Shown: positions 1 through 11,349 of the stretch, piece after piece | Layout: every line of letters starts with the position of its first letter | Numbering within the stretch: position 1 is the first letter of the stretch | Assembly: GCA_965240325.2 (NCBI GenBank) | Contig: OZ251255.1 | Span: 186,001-250,000, forward strand | DNA length: 64,000 bases | Reading direction: 5' to 3' | Origin: Rebecca billardiae RCC1528 | Taxonomy: Eukaryota > Protista > Haptophyta | Notes under the pieces: generated by a model | Seen by the model: only the letters and a program-made list of their open reading frames with translations | What the model was told of the DNA's origin: nothing | The model's database searches: none | Position numbers and translations under genes: made by a program

Positions 1-410
1 TACACGACGGCGACGTGACTTATGTGACGGCGCTCGTCAGTCTCAGCAACTAGCAGTGCGCCGCAGCCTGCCCGCTGAGCCTCGGGCGCAATCGCAGGCG
101 CCGGCCAGACTGAACCGCGTACGTACAGTCGTGCGCTGTACGTCATATGCTGATGCGACTCGGCCCGGTTGCGGCGCAGGCGGTCAGCCCGCGGGCACCA
201 GACGAGTGCTGTATCCGATCGACTGACGAGTAGATGGATGGCGGCCGACGCCGCGCAGAAGGCGCAGCAGATGCCATGCGGATCCGGGCCGCGGCAGCCG
301 GCAGCGCGCGCCGCCAGCGCGCTGAGGCGCGCCAGGTCGTCCGCGGCGGCGCCGGCCACGCCGGCCGGTTGGCGGGCGCGCGCGCGGCGCTGGCTGCGTG
401 GGCCTAGCCG

Positions 411-1356
411 CTAGCGCGCGCCAGCGTGCTGCCGCAGCTGCGCCACCTCCAGCTGCAGCTCGCGCGAGCGGCCGTCCACCCACTGCAGCGCGCCCAGGTG
501 CGCGTCGAGCACGCGCACGAGCTGGGAGAGCTCGGAGCCGCCGCCCAGCCCGCCGCCGAGCGCGTCGGCGGCCGCGGCGTCGGCCGCCGAGCCGCCGGCG
601 CCGCCGTCGTGGCCGGAGGCGCTGCCCGCGCCGCCGGCGGCGCGCGCCGCGCCGCCCGCGCGCCGGTTGAGCGCGCCGATCGCGGCGGCGAGCAGCCGCG
701 CGCTCTCCGCGAGCTCCGCGTCCGTCTCCTCCGCCAGCCGGTACGCGGCCTGCGGGGTAGGGGTAGGGTTAGGGGTAGGGTTAGGAGCAGGGGTAGGGTT
801 GGGGGCGGAGGGCCATGTCGAGAGGGGGCTGTGGTGAGGCGCGCGCGGGCGAGGCGTGGGCGCGCGGTGCACGCCCTCCCCACCCTCGGCCCGACGGCGC
901 GGCCGCAGCACCGGGCACACGCGCGGCGCGCGCGCAGGCCGGGCGCTTTGCACTGCGCTGCGCTCGCTCACCGCGCGCTCGACGGCGGCCGCCTCGCCCT
1001 CGAGCGAGAGCTCGCGCTCCACCGCGCCCTCGAGCTTGGTCAGGTGGTCGTGCAGCGCGTCCTGATGCTCAAGCACAAGCTCGAGCTCGGCGTCGAGCTC
1101 GTCCTGCGCCTCGCGCACCTGCAGGGGGGCACGCGCGGGTCGTGTGTCGCGCTCGGCGGTGGGCGCGCGTGCGCACACGCGCGCGCGCCGCCACCGAGGC
1201 GCGCACAGTCCGGGCGCACAGTCCGGGGGGACGGACGCAGCGGCGCGCGGCGCGCCCGCACGCGCCGCACCCGTAGCACGTCCTCGTGCAGCGACACGAT
1301 GGTGGCGCGGTTGGCCGCGATGGCCGAGTCCCACGCGCGCAGCTGCGCCGCCTGCC
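411..1356 (-). pseudogene. NUP62: 5'-truncated Nup62 copy 1 (Nsp1-type coiled-coil exons only, no FG region)
   Basis: Collinear with 8754..9696, including both introns. Homology stops abruptly at 1356, and there is no in-frame ATG upstream. Confidence 0.8.
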
Positions 1357-1821
1357 TGCAGCAAGGTAAGCGTCCGCAGAGCGATCAAACATCGGGCGCG
1401 CAGCATCGTTGCGCCATCCTCTTCCATTGCACGAGCGCTGCTGGACGAGGTAAACGTCGTCACGCTCGTGGCAGATGCGCTGCGCTTCATGTGCCTGCTC
1501 GAGCAGCGCGTGCCCACCCTCGATCGCGAGTGGCACACGCTCCTGCACTGCGCGCGCGCGCACCGCACCGAGAGCTCCTGATACCGCCTGATGGCCGAAC
1601 GTGCGAGTGCCGGACCTGGCGCGCGGAGCGGCGAGCGCCGACGAGCGCTTGGACCTGGACGCGCTGTTGCGCAGCGTGGCGGCCGTGCACGACGCCGACG
1701 CGACCTTCGCGAACCCGCTGGGGAAATATTGCGACAGCACTGGCACGGCCCGCCGACCCCCCCGCCCGCCAGGGCAGAGTTTACTGTTCTTTGTGCAGTG
1801 TTGGATGGCGTCAATCACGCC
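1357..1821 (+). pseudogene. Unrelated coding-like fragment fused to the Nup62 piece (weakly F-box-like), interrupted; also at 5166..5630
   Basis: Reads ALLDEVNVVTLVADALRFMCLLEQRVPTLDREWHTLL, then a stop, then LDLDALLRSVAAVHDADATFANPL in another frame. Confidence 0.25.
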
Positions 1822-1860
1822 TTAACCAAGTGTGCACGTTAAAACATAGTATAAACTGTA
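1822..1860 (+). mobile_element. TTAA plus putative left terminal inverted repeat (copy 1)
   Basis: TTAA|CCAAGTGTGCACGTTAAAACATAGTATAAACTGTA; inverted match to 49320..49359. Confidence 0.6.
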
Positions 1861-2076
1861 GTTGTTACGAGCCCCATGAACAGTGATCAGTACCCGCGCT
1901 TACCCTGATATATATATATGGCATGTCGTCAGGGTTGATATATGGTGATGCCAAGCCGAACGATTTCATGCGCGATGTGCGCTGAATCCGCTGATAATCC
2001 TGATATCATCCAGGACGGCGCCGGATCTCCGCCGCCGGGAAAGCGCAGCGCAGCGGCCTAGCCAACTCCCACCGTG

Positions 2077-3174
2077 ATGCGGCAGGTGCGCGCTCTTCGG
2101 GCGCACACGTACGGCGATGCCCGGGATGTCCTGGACGTGAGCAGGGTCCCCGCTCCGACGCGCGCATCGCCGGGCGAGGTGCTCGTTCTCGTCGCATGTG
2201 CCTCACTCCGCGTGGCTGACACGTTTCTGCTCACGGGCAAGCACCCAATGTCACCGCCGGTGCCGTACACGCCTGGCCATGATGCGGCCGGTGTCGTGGC
2301 GGAAGTCGGCGCGGGCGTTACACATGTGAGCGTCGGCGATCGTGTGTGGCTCTGCGGCGCTTCGAGTGGCGCGTGTGCCGAGCTGTGCGTGTGTGACGCC
2401 AACCGTGTGCATGCGCTGCCTGAACACGTGACTTTTGCCGAGGCGGCTGCGATGCCAACGCCGCTGCTCACAGCGCATCGTGCGCTGTTCACCAAGGCGC
2501 GTGTGCGGCCTGGCGAGACTATCTTGGTGCACGGTGCGTCGGGGGCTACCGGCCTAGCCGTCGTCACGCTCGCTGCCGCGCACGGCTGCGAAGTCGTGGG
2601 GACGGCATCCACGCCCGAGGGATCGCGAGCCGTGCGCGCCGCAGGTGCCAAGACCGTGCTTGACCACTCGCAGTGGCGTGAGCCCGACCAGCCGATCAGC
2701 CTGCCACTGGGCGTGCACCCGACGCTGGTCATCGAGATGGCGGCCCACGCCAACCTGCAGAAGGCGGTGGAGGCTGTCGCGCAGGGCGGGCACGTGCTCG
2801 TCATCGGCTCTCACGGCTCACTCGACTTCAGCCCTCGAGCGCTCATGAACCGCGAGGCAACTGTGAGCGGCATGATGGTGCACCACGCATCCGACCAGGA
2901 GTACCGCAGCGCAGTGAACGACGTGCAGGCGCTGATCGCGCGACCGGGTGCAATCGTGCTGCCCCGCGTCGAGGCCGAGTACCCGCTGGAGGAGGCCATC
3001 GCTGGCTTCGACCGCGTGCAGAAGCGAATTGGCCCGCCTGGCTCTTCTGGGCGTGTCGTGCTGCGCGTGCACTCAGATGAGGAGATGGGGAGCGTCGCAG
3101 CCACATACTTGGCCGCCGCCAGTGCTGGCATGCAGCCATCACACGCCAGCACGGCGGCGCGCAATAAGCAGTGA
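2077..3174 (+). CDS. CRYZ: Zeta-crystallin / NADPH:quinone oxidoreductase (MDR superfamily), intronless, copy 1
   Basis: Motifs PYTPGHDAAGVV, GETILVHGASGATG (NADPH binding), IEMAAHANL and GSHGSLDFSPRALM match CRYZ/qor. Confidence 0.92.
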   Translation: MRQVRALRAHTYGDARDVLDVSRVPAPTRASPGEVLVLVACASLRVADTFLLTGKHPMSPPVPYTPGHDAAGVVAEVGAGVTHVSVGDRVWLCGASSGACAELCVCDANRVHALPEHVTFAEAAAMPTPLLTAHRALFTKARVRPGETILVHGASGATGLAVVTLAAAHGCEVVGTASTPEGSRAVRAAGAKTVLDHSQWREPDQPISLPLGVHPTLVIEMAAHANLQKAVEAVAQGGHVLVIGSHGSLDFSPRALMNREATVSGMMVHHASDQEYRSAVNDVQALIARPGAIVLPRVEAEYPLEEAIAGFDRVQKRIGPPGSSGRVVLRVHSDEEMGSVAATYLAAASAGMQPSHASTAARNKQ

Positions 3175-4219
3175 TTCAATAAGGCGACCGGCGGGACCGC
3201 GCCCGCCGGTCGCGCGCCATATCAGTCCATCGGCCGTGAAACGACGCTGCCACCGACTAGTGCGCCGCGGGGTCCAGGCTCCAGCCGGCAGTTGCCGCGC
3301 AGCACGCTGCCGCCGAGAATGCCGTCGTCGCCGTGAGAAGTCGCGCGTGCGGCATCCGAAGTGTGGCGTCAGTCCGAGACTCAGACAGCGCAGCGTCGTC
3401 ACTCGGATCGGATTAGCCAGCATCATGAAGCCGCAGTAGTGTCAGTGTGTCACGGCGGATCTGCGGCCGACAGATCGTCATCGTCATCAGTAGCAGCATG
3501 CCGCCACTCGATCATCCGGTACGTCGGCGGCGGCTTAGGCGGTCTTTACTCGTACTATACCGGGACAGGAGACGACGCGGGTAGTAACCGCTGCTATAGC
3601 CAATATCTCTCGGGAGGCGCCCCGGACTGGAGCGCCTATATATATCGGTCAGCCGACCCGGCGCACGGTGGCCCCCGGCCGCGAGTGCCGCCCGGCGACA
3701 GCGGCGGCCTGACGGCCGGGCCCGGGGGCGGCGGGCCCGACTCGGTGGCACCGTGTGAGCGGCGGGGCGTGACCGTATTCATAACATGCACTACGGCCAC
3801 TAGGTCACTTACACGACGGCGACGTGACTTATGTGACGGCGCTCGTCAGTCTCAGCAACTAGCAGTGCGCCGCAGCCTGCCCGCTGAGCCTCGGGCGCAA
3901 TCGCAGGCGCCGGCCAGACTGAACCGCGTACGTACAGTCGTGCGCTGTACGTCATATGCTGATGCGACTCGGCCCGGTTGCGGCGCAGGCGGTCAGCCCG
4001 CGGGCACCAGACGAGTGCTGTATCCGATCGACTGACGAGTAGATGGATGGCGGCCGACGCCGCGCAGAAGGCGCAGCAGATGCCATGCGGATCCGGGCCG
4101 CGGCAGCCGGCAGCGCGCGCCGCCAGCGCGCTGAGGCGCGCCAGGTCGTCCGCGGCGGCGCCGGCCACGCCGGCCGGTTGGCGGGCGCGCGCGCGGCGCT
4201 GGCTGCGTGGGCCTAGCCG

Positions 4220-5165
4220 CTAGCGCGCGCCAGCGTGCTGCCGCAGCTGCGCCACCTCCAGCTGCAGCTCGCGCGAGCGGCCGTCCACCCACTGCAGCGC
4301 GCCCAGGTGCGCGTCGAGCACGCGCACGAGCTGGGAGAGCTCGGAGCCGCCGCCCAGCCCGCCGCCGAGCGCGTCGGCGGCCGCGGCGTCGGCCGCCGAG
4401 CCGCCGGCGCCGCCGTCGTGGCCGGAGGCGCTGCCCGCGCCGCCGGCGGCGCGCGCCGCGCCGCCCGCGCGCCGGTTGAGCGCGCCGATCGCGGCGGCGA
4501 GCAGCCGCGCGCTCTCCGCGAGCTCCGCGTCCGTCTCCTCCGCCAGCCGGTACGCGGCCTGCGGGGTAGGGGTAGGGTTAGGGGTAGGGTTAGGAGCAGG
4601 GGTAGGGTTGGGGGCGGAGGGCCATGTCGAGAGGGGGCTGTGGTGAGGCGCGCGCGGGCGAGGCGTGGGCGCGCGGTGCACGCCCTCCCCACCCTCGGCC
4701 CGACGGCGCGGCCGCAGCACCGGGCACACGCGCGGCGCGCGCGCAGGCCGGGCGCTTTGCACTGCGCTGCGCTCGCTCACCGCGCGCTCGACGGCGGCCG
4801 CCTCGCCCTCGAGCGAGAGCTCGCGCTCCACCGCGCCCTCGAGCTTGGTCAGGTGGTCGTGCAGCGCGTCCTGATGCTCAAGCACAAGCTCGAGCTCGGC
4901 GTCGAGCTCGTCCTGCGCCTCGCGCACCTGCAGGGGGGCACGCGCGGGTCGTGTGTCGCGCTCGGCGGTGGGCGCGCGTGCGCACACGCGCGCGCGCCGC
5001 CACCGAGGCGCGCACAGTCCGGGCGCACAGTCCGGGGGGACGGACGCAGCGGCGCGCGGCGCGCCCGCACGCGCCGCACCCGTAGCACGTCCTCGTGCAG
5101 CGACACGATGGTGGCGCGGTTGGCCGCGATGGCCGAGTCCCACGCGCGCAGCTGCGCCGCCTGCC
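4220..5165 (-). pseudogene. NUP62: 5'-truncated Nup62 copy 2
   Basis: Same sequence as copy 1 at offset 3809. Confidence 0.8.
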
Positions 5166-5630
5166 TGCAGCAAGGTAAGCGTCCGCAGAGCGATCAAACA
5201 TCGGGCGCGCAGCATCGTTGCGCCATCCTCTTCCATTGCACGAGCGCTGCTGGACGAGGTAAACGTCGTCACGCTCGTGGCAGATGCGCTGCGCTTCATG
5301 TGCCTGCTCGAGCAGCGCGTGCCCACCCTCGATCGCGAGTGGCACACGCTCCTGCACTGCGCGCGCGCGCACCGCACCGAGAGCTCCTGATACCGCCTGA
5401 TGGCCGAACGTGCGAGTGCCGGACCTGGCGCGCGGAGCGGCGAGCGCCGACGAGCGCTTGGACCTGGACGCGCTGTTGCGCAGCGTGGCGGCCGTGCACG
5501 ACGCCGACGCGACCTTCGCGAACCCGCTGGGGAAATATTGCGACAGCACTGGCACGGCCCGCCGACCCCCCCGCCCGCCAGGGCAGAGTTTACTGTTCTT
5601 TGTGCAGTGTTGGATGGCGTCAATCACGCC

Positions 5631-5667
5631 TTAACCAAGTGTGCACGTTAAAACATAGTAAACTGTA
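5631..5667 (+). mobile_element. TTAA plus putative left terminal inverted repeat (copy 2)
   Basis: TTAA|CCAAGTGTGCACGTTAAAACATAGTAAACTGTA; equals the reverse complement of 49320..49359 apart from a 3-bp indel. Confidence 0.6.
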
Positions 5668-5883
5668 GTTGTTACGAGCCCCATGAACAGTGATCAGTAC
5701 CCGCGCTTACCCTGATATATATATATGGCATGTCGTCAGGGTTGATATATGGTGATGCCAAGCCGAACGATTTCATGCGCGATGTGCGCTGAATCCGCTG
5801 ATAATCCTGATATCATCCAGGACGGCGCCGGATCTCCGCCGCCGGGAAAGCGCAGCGCAGCGGCCTAGCCAACTCCCACCGTG

Positions 5884-6981
5884 ATGCGGCAGGTGCGCGC
5901 TCTTCGGGCGCACACGTACGGCGATGCCCGGGATGTCCTGGACGTGAGCAGGGTCCCCGCTCCGACGCGCGCATCGCCGGGCGAGGTGCTCGTTCTCGTC
6001 GCATGTGCCTCACTCCGCGTGGCTGACACGTTTCTGCTCACGGGCAAGCACCCAATGTCACCGCCGGTGCCGTACACGCCTGGCCATGATGCGGCCGGTG
6101 TCGTGGCGGAAGTCGGCGCGGGCGTTACACATGTGAGCGTCGGCGATCGTGTGTGGCTCTGCGGCGCTTCGAGTGGCGCGTGTGCCGAGCTGTGCGTGTG
6201 TGACGCCAACCGTGTGCATGCGCTGCCTGAACACGTGACTTTTGCCGAGGCGGCTGCGATGCCAACGCCGCTGCTCACAGCGCATCGTGCGCTGTTCACC
6301 AAGGCGCGTGTGCGGCCTGGCGAGACTATCTTGGTGCACGGTGCGTCGGGGGCTACCGGCCTAGCCGTCGTCACGCTCGCTGCCGCGCACGGCTGCGAAG
6401 TCGTGGGGACGGCATCCACGCCCGAGGGATCGCGAGCCGTGCGCGCCGCAGGTGCCAAGACCGTGCTTGACCACTCGCAGTGGCGTGAGCCCGACCAGCC
6501 GATCAGCCTGCCGCTGGGCGTGCACCCGACGCTGGTCATCGAGATGGCGGCCCACGCCAACCTGCAGAAGGCGGTGGAGGCTGTCGCGCAGGGCGGGCAC
6601 GTGCTCGTCATCGGCTCTCACGGCTCACTCGACTTCAGCCCTCGAGCGCTCATGAACCGCGAGGCAACTGTGAGCGGCATGATGGTGCACCACGCATCCG
6701 ACCAGGAGTACCGCAGCGCAGTGAACGACGTGCAGGCGCTGATCGCGCGACCGGGTGCAATCGTGCTGCCCCGCGTCGAGGCCGAGTACCCGCTGGAGGA
6801 GGCCATCGCTGGCTTCGACCGCGTGCAGAAGCGAATTGGCCCGCCTGGCTCTTCTGGGCGTGTCGTGCTGCGCGTGCACTCAGATGAGGAGATGGGGAGC
6901 GTCGCAGCCACATACTTGGCCGCCGCCAGTGCTGGCATGCAGCCATCACACGCCAGCACGGCGGCGCGCAATAAGCAGTGA
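5884..6981 (+). CDS. CRYZ: Zeta-crystallin / NADPH:quinone oxidoreductase, copy 2
   Basis: Protein identical to copy 1. Confidence 0.92.
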   Translation: MRQVRALRAHTYGDARDVLDVSRVPAPTRASPGEVLVLVACASLRVADTFLLTGKHPMSPPVPYTPGHDAAGVVAEVGAGVTHVSVGDRVWLCGASSGACAELCVCDANRVHALPEHVTFAEAAAMPTPLLTAHRALFTKARVRPGETILVHGASGATGLAVVTLAAAHGCEVVGTASTPEGSRAVRAAGAKTVLDHSQWREPDQPISLPLGVHPTLVIEMAAHANLQKAVEAVAQGGHVLVIGSHGSLDFSPRALMNREATVSGMMVHHASDQEYRSAVNDVQALIARPGAIVLPRVEAEYPLEEAIAGFDRVQKRIGPPGSSGRVVLRVHSDEEMGSVAATYLAAASAGMQPSHASTAARNKQ

Positions 6982-8753
6982 TTCAACCGCCCGCGTCGCG
7001 CGCCGGCGCATAGATCATCAGTCCGCGCCGCATCGGCCGTGAACGGGCGACGCTGCCACCGACGAGTGCGCCGCGCGGGGTCCAGGCTCCAGCCGGCAGT
7101 TGCCGCGCAGCGCGCTGCCGCCGAGATCGAATGCCGTCGTCGTGAGATCGCGCGTGCGGCATCAAGTGTCGTCATCATTCGGACTCAGACAGCGCGCGTC
7201 ACTGATGATTATATTAGCCATTAAGCCGCCCGAGTGTCCGACTCACGGCAGGATCTGCGGCCGCCACTCAGATCATCGTCAGTAGCAGCATGCCGCCACT
7301 CATCGGTACGTCGGCGGCTGGCGGTCTTTGTACCGGGACGGACCGGCGGGTATAACCGCTATAGCCAATATCTCTGGAGGCGCCCGGGACTGGAGCGCCT
7401 CGATATTCTTCAGCCGGCATGCCGCCTTCAAGCCTCCCTCCCCAAGATAGGTGCCAGCCCCCTCCTTCGAAGCGCGACGCAAACACGTGCGCTTGGGTGG
7501 GCACGCGCACAGATGCGCCGGCGCAAGGCGCAACCCCGCGCCCGTCCACTCTCCGCGCCGGGGGCGCGGCGCAGGAGGCGCGCCCGGCCGCAAGACTTCG
7601 CCGCAGGACGAAATGGCTGCCACTCGGTGCGGCGACCGTCGATAGGTTGCCTCTGCCCGCTGCTCGGGGGCCGCACCCGGCCACGGTCCTCGTGCGGCGT
7701 GTGATCCTCGTGTGTCGCACGAGCCTCTGCCTTCGTGGGCTCCGCGTTTGGTCCCGGCTCCGCCTGTCCTCTCCCTTCTGCACTGGCGCGCGCGCGCGCG
7801 CGCGGCGGCGATGACTGATCGTACTTCACACTCTTCCTGTCGCGCGACAGTGTACCTCTGCATCATACGTATTGCCCGTACGGCTGCATCCAAGTACGTT
7901 TGTACGTCCTGGATGTTCCATTTGCCAGCTACCTCTCTCCGAGGCCTCACGCGTTCGGCTGCCTACTGGGCCCTTGGCTGCCAGCTACGATCCGAATGGT
8001 GTCTGTCTCCTTGCGCGCGCGCGCGACGCGCGCGGCGCCGCCAACTCTGGTGAGAGCCTCCGCCTGGATCCTGCCTTACTGTCGGCCTCTACCGGCCGTC
8101 AATGGCCATGTTGCCAAGGGCCGCCGACGGTTGGCCCGACTAAAGTTCTCGTTAGACACTGTGGTCTAAGAGGGGATATATATCGGTCAGCCGACCCGGC
8201 GCACGGTGGCCCCCGGCCGCGAGTGCCGCCCGGCGACAGCGGCGGCCTGACGGCCGGGGGCGGCGGGCCCGACTGGCCGGGTGGTCAGCACGGCGTGACC
8301 GCGAGGCGGCGTGTGAATCACACTATAGCCACTACTCGACGCGACGAGTGACTTTGATCATTGATGTGACGGCGCTCGTCAGTCTCAGCAACTAGCAGTG
8401 CGCCGCAGCCTGCCCGCTGAGCCTCGGGCGCAATCGCAGGCGCCGGCCAGACTGAACCGCGTACGTACAGTCGTGCGCTGTACACGTCATATGCTGCGTC
8501 ACTCGGCCCGGTTGCGGCGCAGGCGGTCAGCCCGCGGGCACCGACGAGTGCTTAGTATCCGATCGACTGACGAGTAGATGGATGGCGGCCGACGCCGCGC
8601 AGAAGGCGCAGCAGATGCCATGCGGATCCGGGCCGCGGCAGCCGGCAGCGCGCGCCGCCAGCGCGCTGAGGCGCGCCAGGTCGTCCGCGGCGGCGCCGCC
8701 ACGCCGGCCGGTTGGCGGGCGCGCGCGCGGCGCTGGCTGCGTGGGCCTCGCCG

Positions 8754-11176
8754 CTAGCGCGCGCCAGCGTGCTGCCGCAGCTGCGCCACCTCGAGCTGCA
8801 GCTCGCGCGAGCGGCCGTCCACCCACTGCAGCGCGCCCAGGTGCGCGTCGAGCACGCGCACGAGCTGGGAGAGCTCGGAGCCGCCGCCCAGCCCGCCGCC
8901 GAGCGCGTCGGCGGCCGCGGCGTCGGCCGCCGAGCCGCCGGCGCCGCCGTCGTGGCCGGAGGCGCTGCCCGCGCCGCCGGCGGCGCGCGCCGCGCCGCCC
9001 GCGCGCCGGTTGAGCGCGCCGATCGCGGCGGCGAGCAGCCGCGCGCTCTCCGCGAGCTCCGCGTCCGTCTCCTCCGCCAGCCGGTACGCGGCCTGCGGGG
9101 TAGGGGTAGGGGTAGGGGTAGGAGGGAGTAGTGTTAGTGTTAGGGGCGGAGGGCCACGTCGAGAGGGGCTGTCGTGAGGCGCGCGCGGGCGGGGCGTGGG
9201 CGCGCGGTGCACGCCCTCCCCACCCTCGGCCCGACGGCGCGGCCGCAGCACCGGGCACACGCGCGGCGCGCGCGCAGGCCGGGCGCTTTGCACTGCGCTG
9301 CGCTCGCTCACCGCGCGCTCGACGGCGGCCGCCTCGCCCTCGAGCGAGAGCTCGCGCTCCACCGCGCCCTCGAGCTTGGTCAGGTGGTCGTGCAGCGCGT
9401 CCTGGTGCTCAAGCACAAGCTCGAGCTCGGCGTCGAGCTCGTCCTGCGCCTCGCGCACCTGCAGGGGGGCACGCGCGGGTCGTGTGTCGCGCTCGGCGGT
9501 GGGCGCGCGTGCGCACACGCGCGCGCGCCGCCACCGAGGCGCGCACAGTCCGGGCGCACAGTCCGGGCGGACGGACGCAGCGGCGCGCGGCGCGCCCGCA
9601 CGCGCCGCACCCGCAGCACGTCCTCGTGCAGCGACACGATGGTGGCGCGGTTGGCCGCGATGGCCGCGTCCCACGCGCGCAGCTGCCCCGCCTGCCGGCC
9701 GAACGCGTGCATGTGCGCGGCCAGCTCCGAGCGGGTGGCCTGAATGATTGACTGCAGCGTGGAGGACGCGTGGCGCGAGGGGAGGCGACTCGAGCCGCCG
9801 CACCCCGCCGCGCCCGACGCCGCCGCGCCGCCGCCGCCGCCGGAGCCGGCCGCGCCCGCCGCCGCGCCGAGTGCGCCGAGCCCGGCCGCGCCGCCGCCGC
9901 CGCCGCCGCCGCCGTGCGCCGCCGCCGCGCCCGCCGCGGCGGCGCCGCCCCCGGTGGCAGCGCCGGGCGTGCCGCCGCCGGCCGCCGCGCCGAACAGCGG
10001 CGCGGGCGTGCCGCCGCCGCCCGGCGGCGCCGGCGCGGCGCTGCTCGGTGCAAGCGGCGCGAGGCTGAACCCTAACCCGCCCGCCCCGCCGGCGCCGCCC
10101 GCGCCAGCGGCGGCGCCGCCGGCCGGCGGCGGCGCGGCGGCGGCGGCGGCGGCGGAGGTTGGTGCCAGGCCAGGCGCGCCGCCGGGCGCGGGCATCGCGA
10201 GGGAGGCGGGGGGCTGCGGCGCGCCGAACAGCGACGGCGCCGCCGCCGCGCTCGCCGCGGGCGGCGGCGCGCCGAAGAGCCCGGCGCCGGCCCCGGCACC
10301 CGCGGCGGCGGTTGGCGCGCCGAAGAGCCCGGACCCGGCCCCGGCGGCGGCGGTGGGCGCGCCGAAGAGCCCGGCCCCGGCCCCGGCACCAGCGGCGGCG
10401 GTGGGCGCGCCGCCGCCGCCGCCGGGCGGCGCGGCGGCGGTGGGCGGCGCGGCCGCGGACGCGCCAGGCAGCCCGCCGCCGCCGCCGCCGCCGAAGGAGA
10501 AGCCGCCGCCGGGCGCGGGCGCGGCGGGCTGCGCGGCGGAGGTGGGCGCGCCGCCGAACAGCCCGCACGCGCCGCCCGCCGCGCTCGACGCCGTCGGCGC
10601 CGCCGCGCCGAAGAGCGACGGCGGCGCGGCGCCGGCCGCGCCCGCCGCCGGGGTGGGCGCTCCGCCGCCGGCGGCGGCGGCGGCGCCGCCGGCACCGAGG
10701 CTGAAGGAGGGCGCGGCCGAGGCGGCGGGCGTGACGCCGCCACCGCCGAAGAGTGAGGGCGCGCCTCCGCCGCCCGGCGCGCCGCCGCCGCCGAAGAGCG
10801 ACGGCGCCGCCGCCGAGCTCGCCGGCGGCGCGCCAAACAGCGAAGGCGCCGCAGCCGCCGCGCCGCCGCCGCCCAGCGCGGGCGGCGCGGCGGAGGAGGG
10901 AGTGGGCGCGCCGCCAAAGCTGAAGGCGCCAGCGCCGGCCCCGCCCGCCGGCGCCGGCGCCGCGCCGCCAAAGAGCGACGGCCCCGCGCCCGCGCCCGCG
11001 GTCGGCGCGGCCGCGCCGCCGCCGCCGCCGCCAAACGCAAAGCCGCCGGGCGCGGGCGCGGCGGGCTGCGCGGCGGCGGCGCCGCCGGCGGGCGGCGCGC
11101 CAAACGAGAAGGCGCCGCCCCCCGCCGCGGGCGGCGCGCCGCCCTGCGCCGTCGGCGCGCCGAACGAGAAGCTCAT
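8754..11176 (-). CDS. NUP62: Nucleoporin Nup62/Nsp1; exons 11176-9611, 9458-9294, 9092-8754
   Basis: N-terminal FSFG/SLFG/GLFG repeats. The C-terminal part matches Nsp1_C (QLRAWD..IVSLHEDV, ELELVLEHQDAL, AYRLAEETD, VRVLDAHLGALQWVD). The GT-AG introns keep the frame. Confidence 0.93.
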
Positions 11177-11349
11177 CGGCGCGTGCGCGTGCGCTCGGTC
11201 GGGTCTGCGCTCGGCGCCGGCCCTCGTGCGCCGGGCTGGAGAGCTGCCGCTCCAGTGCCAAGTCCGGGGCGGGCACTCACGCGCGCCGGACTTGCTTGGG
11301 CTGTTCGAAGCGGGGCCACGCCACCGAGCGACCCGGGCGCTGGCGCGCG
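11177..11349. promoter_or_regulatory. Probable compact bidirectional promoter region
   Basis: 173 bp lie between divergent ATGs at 11176(-) and 11350(+). Confidence 0.5.

Larger units (their letters stand above)
1..6986. repeat. Near-identical tandem segmental duplication, period 3809/3807 bp (1..3179 = 3810..6986); the array probably continues left of the window
   Basis: Position 1 matches 3810. The only differences I noticed are a 2-bp indel (~1851 vs ~5660) and a silent A/G (2706 vs 6513). The ORF track repeats at offsets of 3809 then 3807. Confidence 0.95.

Noticed and set aside
5631-5667. Spliced-leader relic explanation for the shared 40-mer
   Set aside because: It does not end in AG adjacent to the coding sequence, its distance to the ATG varies (~60 vs ~215 bp), and the sharp TTAA boundary fits a TE end better. 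Not fully excluded.
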